Assembly (NCBI GenBank): GCA_965222075.1
Contig: OZ244937.1
Location: 224,001-288,000 of the forward strand
Direction: 5' to 3'
Length of the DNA: 64,000 nt
Origin: Candidatus Latescibacterota bacterium
Lineage (GTDB): Bacteria; Latescibacterota; UBA2968; GCA-2709665
The notes below the pieces were generated by a model. It ran no database searches, was not told the origin of the DNA, and worked only from the letters and a program-made list of their open reading frames with translations. Shown piece after piece: positions 48,545 through 58,307 of this stretch. The position numbers and the translations under genes are program-made. The first letter of the stretch is position 1. Each line of letters starts with the position of its first letter.

Positions 48545-50008
48545 GTGAACACAGTTTACATTCTGAGCGACCAGCACAACGCGGAGTACGCCGGCTGCTA
48601 CGGCAGTCCGATCACGCGGACGCCCAGCATCGACAGCATCGCCGAACGGGGCACGCGGTTCGAGAGCGCCTACTGCGTCAGCCCGATCTGCGCGCCCACC
48701 CGGGCCTCGATGATCACCGGACGCTACGTCCACGAGATCGGCACATGGGACAACGCCTTTTTCTACACGGGCGTCCCCCGGGGGTGGGGGCACTTTTTCG
48801 CCGAGCAGGGGGTGCAGTTGACCACGGTGGGCAAGCTGGACTTCCAGCCGGGCGCCGACCACGGCATCGAAGATGCGCGTCTGTCTTTGCACCGGGAGAA
48901 TTTGGATGTGCACGGCCTGTTCCGCGAACAGGAGATCCTGCCGCGCCTTCAGTTCCTGCCCATGCACCGCGCCACCGGCCCGGCCGATTCGCTGACGGCG
49001 TACGCCCACGACATTCAGGTGGCGGAGGCGGCGGCCCGCTGGCTGGCGGAAGAGCGGCCGGCCGACCGGCCTTGGCTGCTGATTGTCAATTTCAACGACC
49101 TCCACCGCCCCTGGAATCCGCCGGTGGAGATCTGGGATTATTACGATCCTCTAATCCGGCTGGAGGACTTGGACGAGCGGTTTACCGAGGATCGGTCGCG
49201 CCTCCATCCCTACCATCGGGCCTACGCCCGCCATCACTTGGGCGAGCATTTGGATTTCAACGATGTGCGGCGCGCGCTTGTGGGCTATCACGGCTCCTGC
49301 GAGGTGCTAGACCGCAACGTCGGCCGCGTGCTGGAGGCCTTAGAGCGTGCGGGAGTTCGGGAGGAGACCCTAATCGTCTACGCATCGGACCACGGGGGGA
49401 CCTGCGGGGAGCACAGGAACTGGGACCACGGGGCGATATACGAGGAGTCGATCCGGATTCCGCTCGTTGTTTCCGGCCCGGGGGTCCGGGCCGGTGAGGT
49501 GGTATCAACGCCCGTTTCAGCGCTGGATGTTTTCCCCACACTCTGCGAGGCGGTGGGGCTGGATCTGCCGGTGCATATGCGGGGGGTATCCCTGATGGGC
49601 CTTCTTAGGGGCGAGCCGGATGCGCCCAGGCCCGCATTCTGCCTCAGCGAGTATCACGCCAACGGCTTTCCCGGCAGTGTCTTCGCCCTCCGTTCGGGGC
49701 GGTACAAGTTCGTCGAATGCGTGGGCGAACGCCCGATGCTCTTCGATCTGGAGGAGGACCCGCACGAGATGCACGACCTGATCGTGGAGCGGCCAGAGGA
49801 CCCCGACGTGGTGGCGACGGTGCGGCGGCTGAGGCGGATGCTCTGCGAGGTGTGTTCTCCCGAAGCGGTGGATGCGCGGGCCAAGGCGGACCAGCGGAGG
49901 CGCCGGCAGGAGTTGGCCGAGAGCGGCCAACTGTTTGAGGAGATGTGGAAGCGGGGGTATGAGCGGAATCCGGACCGACTGGTGTACCGCCCGGAGTTCC
50001 TGCCATAA
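48545..50008 (+). CDS. Sulfatase-family protein, sister paralog 4
   Basis: GTG start, ILSDQH, PICAPTRASMITG, GKLDF, ASDHGG. Confidence 0.92.
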   Translation: MNTVYILSDQHNAEYAGCYGSPITRTPSIDSIAERGTRFESAYCVSPICAPTRASMITGRYVHEIGTWDNAFFYTGVPRGWGHFFAEQGVQLTTVGKLDFQPGADHGIEDARLSLHRENLDVHGLFREQEILPRLQFLPMHRATGPADSLTAYAHDIQVAEAAARWLAEERPADRPWLLIVNFNDLHRPWNPPVEIWDYYDPLIRLEDLDERFTEDRSRLHPYHRAYARHHLGEHLDFNDVRRALVGYHGSCEVLDRNVGRVLEALERAGVREETLIVYASDHGGTCGEHRNWDHGAIYEESIRIPLVVSGPGVRAGEVVSTPVSALDVFPTLCEAVGLDLPVHMRGVSLMGLLRGEPDAPRPAFCLSEYHANGFPGSVFALRSGRYKFVECVGERPMLFDLEEDPHEMHDLIVERPEDPDVVATVRRLRRMLCEVCSPEAVDARAKADQRRRRQELAESGQLFEEMWKRGYERNPDRLVYRPEFLP

Positions 50009-50043
50009 GGTTTGTCCCGTCTAAATCCTGGATGGAGATCGCA

Positions 50044-52050
50044 ATGGGACGATCCGTTCCTTCAAACGAAGACGCGGCTGTACTGGAGACCTTGCTGGGC
50101 CGGCAGATCATCAGCCCCCGTCTGGTCCGGAGGGAGATCCAGACCTCTGCAGAGTCCCGCATCCCGGCGGTGCCGACCTTTGAGGATGCGGTCGGCTGGA
50201 GGGAGTACGCGGAGCGCCTGCGGCAGGAGATCCTGGACAAGGTGGTGCTGCGCGGCGAGGGGGCCGCGTGGCGCAACGCGGTGGCTCAGGTGGAGTGGTT
50301 GGACCCGATTGAGGGAGGACCGGGTTACCGCATCCGTAAGCTGCGTTATGAGGCCGTGCCCGGGCTGTGGATCCCGGCGCTGCTCTACGAGCCAGAATCC
50401 CTCTCGGGACGGGTGCCTGCCGTGCTCAACGTGAACGGGCACGAGAAGATCGGGAAGGCTGTCCCATACAAGCAGATCCGCTGCATCAACCTGGCCAGGC
50501 GAGGTATGCTGGCTCTGAACGTAGAGTGGATCGGGATGGGACAGCTGCAGGTACTCGGGCTGCTGCACCGCCGTCAGACCCAGCTCGACCTGTGCGGCAC
50601 GAGCGGCTTGGCCCCGTTCTACCTGTCCCTGGTGCGCGGGCTGGACCTGCTGCTGTCTCTGGAACACATCGACCCTGAGCGCGTGGCGGTGGCCGGACTG
50701 TCCGGCGGTGGCTGGCAGACGATTTTTATCAGCGCGCTGGATACGCGCGTGGCGCTGGCCAACCCGGTGGCGGGGTACGGCAGCCTGCTGACGGGAGTGC
50801 AGTTCGACGACCTGGGGGACGCGGAGCAGTCCCCGTGTGACCTGGCGACGGTAGCTGATTACACCCACCTGACAGCGCTGATGGCCCCGCGGCCGACGCT
50901 GCTGACGAAGAACTCCCGGGATACCTGCTGCTTCCAGGCTCATCACGCGCTGCCCCCGCTGCTAAAGGCCGCCCAGCCGGTTTTCCGGCTCTACGGGAAG
51001 GAGGCCAATCTGCGCTGGCACGTCAACTACGACCCGGGCACGCACAATTTCGAGCGGGAGAACCGGGAGGCGTTCTACCGGATGCTGGGCGATTATTTCT
51101 ATCCGGGAGACCCGTCATTCGACCCGCGGGAGATCGACGTGGAGGACGAAGTCAAGTCGGCAGAGGATCTGCACGTGGACCTGCCGGCGGACAACGCGGA
51201 CTTTCAAAGCCTCGCACTGGCCCTGAGCGAAAAACTGCCTCGCCGCCCGGAGTTGCCCGGAGGCCGGGAGGCGGCGGAGGCGTGGCAGCAGGAGCGCCGG
51301 ACAGAGATGGCTGAACTGGTCCGGGCGGTGCCATTCCGTGTGGAGGCGATCCACGCGGGGGAAGAGGTTCAGGACGGTGTGAAGGCTACGTTCTGGTGGT
51401 TCCGGATGGACGACACCTGGACGGTGCCGGGGGTGGAGCTGGTGCAGGGAGCGCCGTCGGCGACGACGATCCTGGTCGCGGATGAGGGACGCAAGGCCGC
51501 TTCGGCTGAGGTGGAACGGCTGCTGGGGACGGGGCACCGGGTGGTGGCGGTGGATCCATTTTTCGTCGGGGAGTCGGCGTCGATCGCCGGGGAGGACCGG
51601 GCGCCCTGCTTCGCGCTGCTGGTTTCGGCGGTTGGAGGCCGGCCGCTGGGGCTGCAGGCGAGCCAGGTGGCTGCGGTCGCTCGATGGGCGGGGGCGGAGT
51701 ATGGGGGTGCACCGGCGACGGTGGTGGCCCTGGGGCCACGCGCCAGCCTGTTCTCGCTGTTGGCCGCGGGGCTGGAGGAGGTGGCCATCGGTGGGCTGGA
51801 ACTGCACGGCTCGTTCGGCAGCCTAAAGGAGGTGCTCGAGCAGAACGGCTGTGGAGAGCGGACGCCCGAGGTGTTCTGCTTCGGGCTGCTGGAGGCGTTC
51901 GATATCCTGCAGCTTGCGGCCCTGTCTGCCCCCCGCCCGGTGGTGTTCCGCTGGCCGAGCGAGCGGGCCCGGCGGGAGTTGACCGGGCTCAGGCGGTTTT
52001 ATAGTATCCTGGGGGTGGAGTTTCAGCCGCTGCAGAAGGACAGGAGCTGA
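50044..52050 (+). CDS. Acetylxylan esterase-like two-domain alpha/beta-hydrolase
   Basis: PALLYEP, VNGH, GLSGGGWQT, LMAPRP, GTHNF. Confidence 0.8.
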   Translation: MGRSVPSNEDAAVLETLLGRQIISPRLVRREIQTSAESRIPAVPTFEDAVGWREYAERLRQEILDKVVLRGEGAAWRNAVAQVEWLDPIEGGPGYRIRKLRYEAVPGLWIPALLYEPESLSGRVPAVLNVNGHEKIGKAVPYKQIRCINLARRGMLALNVEWIGMGQLQVLGLLHRRQTQLDLCGTSGLAPFYLSLVRGLDLLLSLEHIDPERVAVAGLSGGGWQTIFISALDTRVALANPVAGYGSLLTGVQFDDLGDAEQSPCDLATVADYTHLTALMAPRPTLLTKNSRDTCCFQAHHALPPLLKAAQPVFRLYGKEANLRWHVNYDPGTHNFERENREAFYRMLGDYFYPGDPSFDPREIDVEDEVKSAEDLHVDLPADNADFQSLALALSEKLPRRPELPGGREAAEAWQQERRTEMAELVRAVPFRVEAIHAGEEVQDGVKATFWWFRMDDTWTVPGVELVQGAPSATTILVADEGRKAASAEVERLLGTGHRVVAVDPFFVGESASIAGEDRAPCFALLVSAVGGRPLGLQASQVAAVARWAGAEYGGAPATVVALGPRASLFSLLAAGLEEVAIGGLELHGSFGSLKEVLEQNGCGERTPEVFCFGLLEAFDILQLAALSAPRPVVFRWPSERARRELTGLRRFYSILGVEFQPLQKDRS

Positions 52051-52169
52051 CGCAGGGAGAGATGTGGGCAGGGTGTTGTTGGCTCAAATTTACCACAGAC
52101 GCGGCCTCCCGCAGGCACCCGCGCCTCCCGGCCGCAGGGGGGACATAAACCGCAGAAGGAGATCGATCC

Positions 52170-53165
52170 ATGAGCCGATCCGACGCCACCCGAGTGATGC
52201 CCGGACCCCTCCGCGAGATGACCGCCGAGGTCTTCCGGCGGCTGGGCCTGCCCGAAACCGATGCTGAACAGATCGCCGACTGCCTGGTGCGGGTGGACCT
52301 GCGGGGGGTCTTCACCCACGGGACGCGCCAGCTCAGGAACTACGTCAGAGAATACCGCACGGGGGGCTACAACCCCTGCCCCACGGTCCGGCTGCTCCGG
52401 GAGACCTCCGCCTCGGCCCTGTTCGACGGCGACGGGGGCATCGGCTACCTGGTTGTGACCCGGGCGACCGAGAAGGTCATCGAGAAGGCCGAGGCAGAGG
52501 GCATTGCGGTTGCAGGTACCCGCTTTCACGGGCACGTCGGCAGCGCGGGCATCTACGCCCGGACGGCCCTCACCCACGACCTTGTCACCTTCTCCGTGGC
52601 CGGATGGACGCCCTGGCGGCCTCCGGACCTGCCGGATGCCACGGTCTGGGACGCGATACCGTCTCCCCCAATGTGCTTCGGCATCCCCTCGGCCAAGGGC
52701 CCTCCCCTGGTCGTGGACATCAGCGCCAACCTGTTCCTACACTCGGGCTCCCGGTTCCGGAAGCCGGACCACCTGGCGGGTGCGATGCGCGACTATGCCG
52801 AACCGATTATCAAGAGCCTGGGTCTAAAGTTCGCCGCCTCTCTCCTGGGCGGCGTCCTGGCGGGGACCCTGCCTCCTTCCGAACGCGGGGATGCCTATCC
52901 TTCAGCCAGACGGGGCTTCCTGATCGCCGCCTTTCACCCCGATACCGTGGGCGAGTCCGAGGGGTTCAAACAGGAGGTTACCCGGATCATCGCTGAAAGC
53001 CGTGCGCTGGATCCCCTGCCCGGGAAGGAAAGCGCAGAGGTGCCCGGGAGCCTGGAATGGCAGCGGGAGCGGGACTGGGCTTGGGAGGGCATTCCGCTCA
53101 GGTCCGACCACCGGGAGATCCTGGAGAAGATCGCCGGGGAGATGGGCGTCGAAGTACCCTGGTGA
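52170..53165 (+). CDS. Ldh_2 family (type 2 malate/L-lactate/sulfolactate dehydrogenase-like) oxidoreductase
   Basis: DLRGVFTHG, DGDGGIG, HGHVGSAG, LVVDISA, VPG..E. Confidence 0.88.
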   Translation: MSRSDATRVMPGPLREMTAEVFRRLGLPETDAEQIADCLVRVDLRGVFTHGTRQLRNYVREYRTGGYNPCPTVRLLRETSASALFDGDGGIGYLVVTRATEKVIEKAEAEGIAVAGTRFHGHVGSAGIYARTALTHDLVTFSVAGWTPWRPPDLPDATVWDAIPSPPMCFGIPSAKGPPLVVDISANLFLHSGSRFRKPDHLAGAMRDYAEPIIKSLGLKFAASLLGGVLAGTLPPSERGDAYPSARRGFLIAAFHPDTVGESEGFKQEVTRIIAESRALDPLPGKESAEVPGSLEWQRERDWAWEGIPLRSDHREILEKIAGEMGVEVPW

Positions 53166-53170
53166 AGGGG

Positions 53171-53289
53171 CTAATCTTTACCCACACTTTTGTAACCCCC
53201 ACCACCCCGCGTTTCGGCGGCCCCCAATGCCGCCGAGTGGCCTTCGGTGGATCGTTTTGGCATTCTTGTGAAAAATATGGGTAAATTAG
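53171..53289. mobile_element. Small MITE-like element with imperfect terminal inverted repeats and internal hairpin
   Basis: TTTACCCACACTTTT at left versus AAAATATGGGTAAA at right (about 13/15 complementary). Internal TCGGCGGC-ccccaat-GCCGCCGA. Confidence 0.5.
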
Positions 53290-53334
53290 GGTAAAATGGT
53301 GAGGGATAAACGAATGACAAGCGGGAGGGCGACG

Positions 53335-54087
53335 ATGGTCGGGAAAAAGGTTCTGGTCACCGGTATGAGCGGACTGATCGGGGGTGCGGTGCGCAGGCAG
53401 TTGGAGGGCAAATTCGACCTGAGCGCGCTGAATCGCAGGGATGTGCCAGGGGTGAGATGCCACCGAGCGAACATTGCGGACCTGGATGCGATTCTGCCCG
53501 CATTTGAGGGGATCGATGCGGTGGTGCACCTGGCGGCGAGCATCCGTGGAGACTGGGAGGAGCTGCTGCGAGACAATGTGGTGGGTACGTACAACGTGTT
53601 TGAGGCGTCTCGGCAGGCAGGGGCGAAGCGAATCGTCTATGCCAGCACCGGGGGGGTCGTGGCGGGTTGGGAACGGGAGATGCCCTACCGGGCGCTGGTC
53701 GAGGAGCGCTACGAGGAGGCGCCGGAGACCTGGGAGCGGTTGAACCACACGTCGCCGATTCGGCCGAGGAGGCTTTACGGGTGCACCAAGGTGTGGGGGG
53801 AGGCGCTGGCCCGGCACTTTGTGGACGAGTATGACCTGTCGATTCTCTGCCTGCGGATCGGGTCGGTTACCGCCAAGGACCGCCCGTTCCAGCCCCGCCA
53901 CTTTTCAACCTGGTGCAGCCGGGGCGACGTGGCCCGGATGGTGGAGCGGTGTCTCGCTGCGCCTGAGGACCTTCGATTCGATATTTTCTACGTGGGTTCA
54001 AACAATCGGTGGAGCTATTACGACCTGGAGCACGCCAGCGAGGTGCTGGGGTTTGTGCCGCAGGATGCGGCGGAAGATTATCGATGA
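53335..54087 (+). CDS. NAD-dependent epimerase/dehydratase, uronate-dehydrogenase-like
   Basis: VLVTGMSGLIG, VVHLAA, YGCTKVWGEAL, CLRIGS, TWCSRGD, GFVPQD. Confidence 0.85.
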   Translation: MVGKKVLVTGMSGLIGGAVRRQLEGKFDLSALNRRDVPGVRCHRANIADLDAILPAFEGIDAVVHLAASIRGDWEELLRDNVVGTYNVFEASRQAGAKRIVYASTGGVVAGWEREMPYRALVEERYEEAPETWERLNHTSPIRPRRLYGCTKVWGEALARHFVDEYDLSILCLRIGSVTAKDRPFQPRHFSTWCSRGDVARMVERCLAAPEDLRFDIFYVGSNNRWSYYDLEHASEVLGFVPQDAAEDYR

Positions 54088-54115
54088 GACAGGTAGAATT
54101 CTACCTGTCTCATCG
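54082..54115. repeat. Perfect 34-bp palindrome
   Basis: CGATGAGACAGGTAGAATTCTACCTGTCTCATCG equals its own reverse complement. Confidence 0.9.
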
Positions 54116-54251
54116 TTGATGCCCCGAAGAGCGTATACAGGAGGCCGGCCGATAGATACATGTTGCCCTTATTGTTGGCGGCGGAATGAGGAGCGCCCGG
54201 TCCACCTGGAGGAATTCATCATAGGCGACCAGAACGGTTAGGGAGAATATA

Positions 54252-56492
54252 ATGTCAAAGTCAAAACCGGAGCGCGTCAGCATTACGATCCAACCGGCGC
54301 CGGGCGACGAGCCGGATACGTTCGAGGTCGTTTTTCGAGGCGCCGATGGGTCTGAAGCACGCGGGCACGATCTCAGTTTGACCGCAGCGAAGGTGGGGAC
54401 GTGGGAGATCACCGCCACCGCAGCCGATCCGGTGCCCGCCGGCGGGGGGTTCCTGTTTCAGCGGCATACGTTTCTGTTCTCCCATCGCATCCAGGACTAC
54501 AACCCGCAGGGCCGCGACTTTGTGACGCTGGAGGCCCGGACCGACGCCAGGCTGCGCCTGATTGTCAATTCGGCCAGGCAGTCGCACCAGCCGGGTTTCG
54601 CGCAGGTGCTGGTGGAGGAGGGGGAGATGGCGTCTGGAGACACGTTCACGATCCGGGTGGGGGACCGCCGGCAGGGGGGCGCCGGCAGCGAGGTCTACGA
54701 TGCGACGACGCTGGGCCGGATTTTGGGTGCGGTGGACCGGGATGGGAGCGGGACGTATCGGGAGCTGGCGTGCAATCCGGCCAGGGTGCTGATTGTGTCG
54801 GACCCCCGGGTGTCTCTGTTGCGGGTGCTGGGTCCGTCATTTACGGAGGTTGGGGAGGGGTTTGATGTGCACGTGAACCTGTTCGATGCGCATCACAACG
54901 TGTGCGAACAGTATGAGGGGGAGGTGGTGTTTTCGCCTGTGCAGGGGGTGGAGGGGGTGCCGTCTTCGGTGAGGGTTGGTGGTGAAGACAGAGGGGTTGT
55001 GGTTGTGGAAGGGGTGCGGATTGTGGAGCCGGGGGTCTACCGTCTTCAGGCGTCCGAAAGGGCGTTCGGTCAGAAGGCGCTGAGCAATCCCATCGTCTGT
55101 GAGAGAACGCTCAGGCAGCGGCTGCTGTGGGGAAACCTGCACTGCCACGGTTGGGGCGATATTAACATGGCGCTTCTGGACGATGCGAATTTCAAGCTGC
55201 ATCCGGCCAGCCGGCACGAGCAGCTAAGGCGGATCGGCCGGATGGATTTCGGGGCGCCGGGACCCGCGGTTCCCCCGGATCAGGAGGACCGGCCGGAGCT
55301 GTGGCAGGCCTACCAGCAGGCGTACCGGGACAACGACGAGCCGGGCCGGTACGTGCCGTTCCTGGCATCGGAGGTGCATCCGAGACCGGGGGGCGATCGG
55401 AATGTGATTTTCCGCGAGTGGTCGGATAGCTACCATTCCACGTTCTGTTATATGGACGAGGTGATGGCCGAGTATGCGGACCGGGAGGATGTGATCCTGG
55501 AGGCGCACGTGGGGGGTGGGCCGCCCGACTGGGGCAGGTATCCCACCCAACACGAGCCCCTGCTGGAGGTGGCCAGCGGCCACGGGAGCTTCGAGTGGGT
55601 GCTGCAGCGGGCGCTGGAATGCGGATACCGGCCTGCGGTCATCGGGTCTGAAGACACCCATCTGTGTGCGATGGGCGCACCGATGGCCGCACACTGTTTT
55701 TTTGGAAGGTTCATGCAGGATCTGAATATGCGGGATACGGGGTTTGGGAGCGGACCCGCCGCAGCGGTGTGGGCAGAAGCGTGCGAACGGCACGCGATCT
55801 GGCGGGCAATCCGGCAGCGGCAGACCTACGCCACCACCGGGGCCCGCATCGTTTTGAAGGTGGCGGTCAACGGCCATCCTGCGGGCAGCGAAGTGGAGGT
55901 TATGGCCCCTGCGCAGGTGCAGGTTGCCGCCCACGCGTGCACGCCCGTGGAACGGGTGGATTTGATTCGCAACGACCACTGTCTGAAGTCCTGGTATCCC
56001 GGTGAGCTGGATATCGACCTCAGCTATGTGGACGAGCGTCCGCTGGTTGAGGGGGCCTACTACGTGCGTCTGCGCCAGAGGGATGGGGAGTACGCCTGGA
56101 GCACGCCGGTATGGGCAAGGTGCCCGGGGGGTGTCCGGGTGTCCGATGAAGCCCTGCCGCTGTGGAACGCGCACGAGGCGGTGGATCTTTCGGGGTTGCG
56201 TCCCAACGAAGCGGAGGCCTATGAGGGGGCGCTGCGCCGGTATCTGGAGGTGGAGGAGGATGTCGAGGCGTTTTACGAGCTGACGCCTGTGGGGGTGGTT
56301 GCGGAGGTGACGGGGCGGTCTGCGCTGTTTTACGGGTTTTACGGGCCGGACCGTGATCCGATCAGTATCCGGTGGTATTTCGAGTTCGAGATGCCCAGGA
56401 TCCACCTGGACTGGGGCTGGCGGGACTTCGGCACGCGGCCCACCCCTCTGAGTGTTGAAAGAGGCTACCTGGAGGATCGGAGGAAAAGGTAG
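54252..56492 (+). CDS. PHP-like (DUF3604/CehA-McbA-like) metallohydrolase; paralog of 7105
   Basis: WGNLHCH, SEVH, LLEVASGHG, GSEDTH, TYATTGARI. Confidence 0.72.
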   Translation: MSKSKPERVSITIQPAPGDEPDTFEVVFRGADGSEARGHDLSLTAAKVGTWEITATAADPVPAGGGFLFQRHTFLFSHRIQDYNPQGRDFVTLEARTDARLRLIVNSARQSHQPGFAQVLVEEGEMASGDTFTIRVGDRRQGGAGSEVYDATTLGRILGAVDRDGSGTYRELACNPARVLIVSDPRVSLLRVLGPSFTEVGEGFDVHVNLFDAHHNVCEQYEGEVVFSPVQGVEGVPSSVRVGGEDRGVVVVEGVRIVEPGVYRLQASERAFGQKALSNPIVCERTLRQRLLWGNLHCHGWGDINMALLDDANFKLHPASRHEQLRRIGRMDFGAPGPAVPPDQEDRPELWQAYQQAYRDNDEPGRYVPFLASEVHPRPGGDRNVIFREWSDSYHSTFCYMDEVMAEYADREDVILEAHVGGGPPDWGRYPTQHEPLLEVASGHGSFEWVLQRALECGYRPAVIGSEDTHLCAMGAPMAAHCFFGRFMQDLNMRDTGFGSGPAAAVWAEACERHAIWRAIRQRQTYATTGARIVLKVAVNGHPAGSEVEVMAPAQVQVAAHACTPVERVDLIRNDHCLKSWYPGELDIDLSYVDERPLVEGAYYVRLRQRDGEYAWSTPVWARCPGGVRVSDEALPLWNAHEAVDLSGLRPNEAEAYEGALRRYLEVEEDVEAFYELTPVGVVAEVTGRSALFYGFYGPDRDPISIRWYFEFEMPRIHLDWGWRDFGTRPTPLSVERGYLEDRRKR

Positions 56493-56653
56493 ATGTGGAA
56501 CTGGGAAATGCTTCACCTCTTTGCCGGGCTGGACCTTGCCAGCGGGGCCGGTGAGGATGGACCGACGGTGGGCTTTAACGATCTGTGGCGCGGTTCCGCC
56601 TCCGATGAGGGAGTGGTGAACAGGCGGTAGCGCCAACACGAAGGGAGGCATCG

Positions 56654-57874
56654 ATGGACGAGATAAAGATTGGGGTTGCCGGACTGGGCCACCGCGGGCT
56701 GCACTGGATCCGGCTGCTGCAGAACGTGCCGGGCTATCGCATCACGGCGATCTATGACTGGATCGAGCCGTTGCAGGAGCGGGCGCTGGCGGAGATTTCT
56801 TACCGGGACGACGTGAAGGTGTTTGGCAATTACTACGACTTTCTGGGGTACGAGGGGATGGATGCGGTGGGGCTGGTGGTGCGGCAGCTGGAGCAGGGGA
56901 CGATGGCGGCGGAGGCGCTGGAGGCGGGCAAGCACGTGAATTCCGAGGTGCCGGGGGCGTATACGATGGCGGAGTGCTGGCGGATTGTGACGGGTGTGGA
57001 GCGGACGGGGCTGGTCTACAGTCTGGCGGAGCAGACGCGGTTCTGGGGGTTCGTGGACGGGTGGAAGCGTCTGGTGGACGACGGGTTGCTGGGCAAGATT
57101 ACTTATGCCGAAGGGCAGTACCTGGGCTATTACGGCACGAACCAGTGGTTCCAGGATTTCAAGACGGGGAAGCAGTATCCGGTGGAGGCGCTACCCGACC
57201 ACCCGGAGGCGGAACCCGCGGTCCCTCAGTTTTTGCCCTATATTATCTCCGCTTCGTACGATCTGAGCATTCTGTTGAAGATTTTAGACGACCGGGTGAC
57301 CGAGGTGACGGCGATGAGCACGAAGCCCCCGAGTTATACGACACCGCAGATGCTCAACGCCGATATCCAGGTGGCGCTGATGAAGACGGAGCAGGATACG
57401 CTGATCCGGATGCTGAACGGGTTCAACCAGCCACGTCCGCACGGCGACCACCACTGGTGGCAGATGATCGGGACGAAGGGGAGCGTTGAATGGCGGCGGT
57501 CGGGAAAAGAGAAGCCGAAGGTGTGGTTTGAGGACACACAGATGAATGACTGGTCGGAGGTGGACTGGCAATACCAGCGGACCGATGCGCCCCCGGAGGC
57601 CCGGGGGAGCGGCCACGGCGATGCAGACTATTATGTACACATGTATTTCCGGGATGCGATTCTGAAGGGCGAGCCGCTGGCGTTCGACGTGTACAGGGTG
57701 ATGGATTCGATGGCGCCGGCGGTGCTGGCGCTGGATTCGATCGAGGAGGGGAGCAGGCTTGTGCAGGTTCCGGATTTCCGACCGGGTGCGGATCGGCCCC
57801 CGGGGCAGATGCCGGCGGACCTGGGCGGAGTCGGAGGACGCGTTCACGAGACGAAAATGCCGGGGAGGCGTTAG
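56654..57874 (+). CDS. Gfo/Idh/MocA family oxidoreductase
   Basis: IGVAGLGHRG, EALEAGKHVNSEVP, GSGHGDADY. Confidence 0.9.
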   Translation: MDEIKIGVAGLGHRGLHWIRLLQNVPGYRITAIYDWIEPLQERALAEISYRDDVKVFGNYYDFLGYEGMDAVGLVVRQLEQGTMAAEALEAGKHVNSEVPGAYTMAECWRIVTGVERTGLVYSLAEQTRFWGFVDGWKRLVDDGLLGKITYAEGQYLGYYGTNQWFQDFKTGKQYPVEALPDHPEAEPAVPQFLPYIISASYDLSILLKILDDRVTEVTAMSTKPPSYTTPQMLNADIQVALMKTEQDTLIRMLNGFNQPRPHGDHHWWQMIGTKGSVEWRRSGKEKPKVWFEDTQMNDWSEVDWQYQRTDAPPEARGSGHGDADYYVHMYFRDAILKGEPLAFDVYRVMDSMAPAVLALDSIEEGSRLVQVPDFRPGADRPPGQMPADLGGVGGRVHETKMPGRR

Positions 57875-58285
57875 AAGCTGTTTGGAAAATAACCTTTCTT
57901 TTGCTTTCGGCCTTTTTCTTGTTCGCCCAAGAAAAAGGCCGAAAAAGAAGGGCGCCGCTCAGACGCCGCGGGGGCTGCTTTTCCGCGAATTGCCCCTGTG
58001 GTGTAAGCGGGCGCTTCTGCCCTGCGGACCTTTGGGGCGTTTCTGGGCGATGGTGCTGGACGGAACCGCGCGGAAAAGCCCCTTCCCCTCACACCAAACC
58101 GGGGGAGTCGGCAGCCTGGGGCGCCAGCCCGCAGTGGTGCGGCAAATGCGGTGGGGGGATCGCAGAGGCGAGACGCGAGGGACCGCGACAAACCCCTTCC
58201 ACCCAGAGCGGGCGCATGACGGGTATAGGGGCGGTTCGCGAACCGCCCTTGCTTCCCCCCGCAGCGAAGGCGGGGGAGGCGCGTA
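57875..58285. repeat. Intergenic cluster of REP/MITE-like palindromes
   Basis: TTTCGGCCTTTTTCTTG-ttcgcc-CAAGAAAAAGGCCGAAA stem (~57905-57945), perfect GGGCGGTTCGCGAACCGCCC (58229-58248), and a GC hairpin at 58251-58280. Confidence 0.7.
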
Positions 58286-58307
58286 GCGCCGATGGGAGAA
58301 GACAGGT

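Noticed and set aside
56493-56630. Small ORF MWNWEMLHLFAGL... after the PHP-like gene
   Set aside because: No recognisable family. LFAG alone is not enough to call a methyltransferase remnant.
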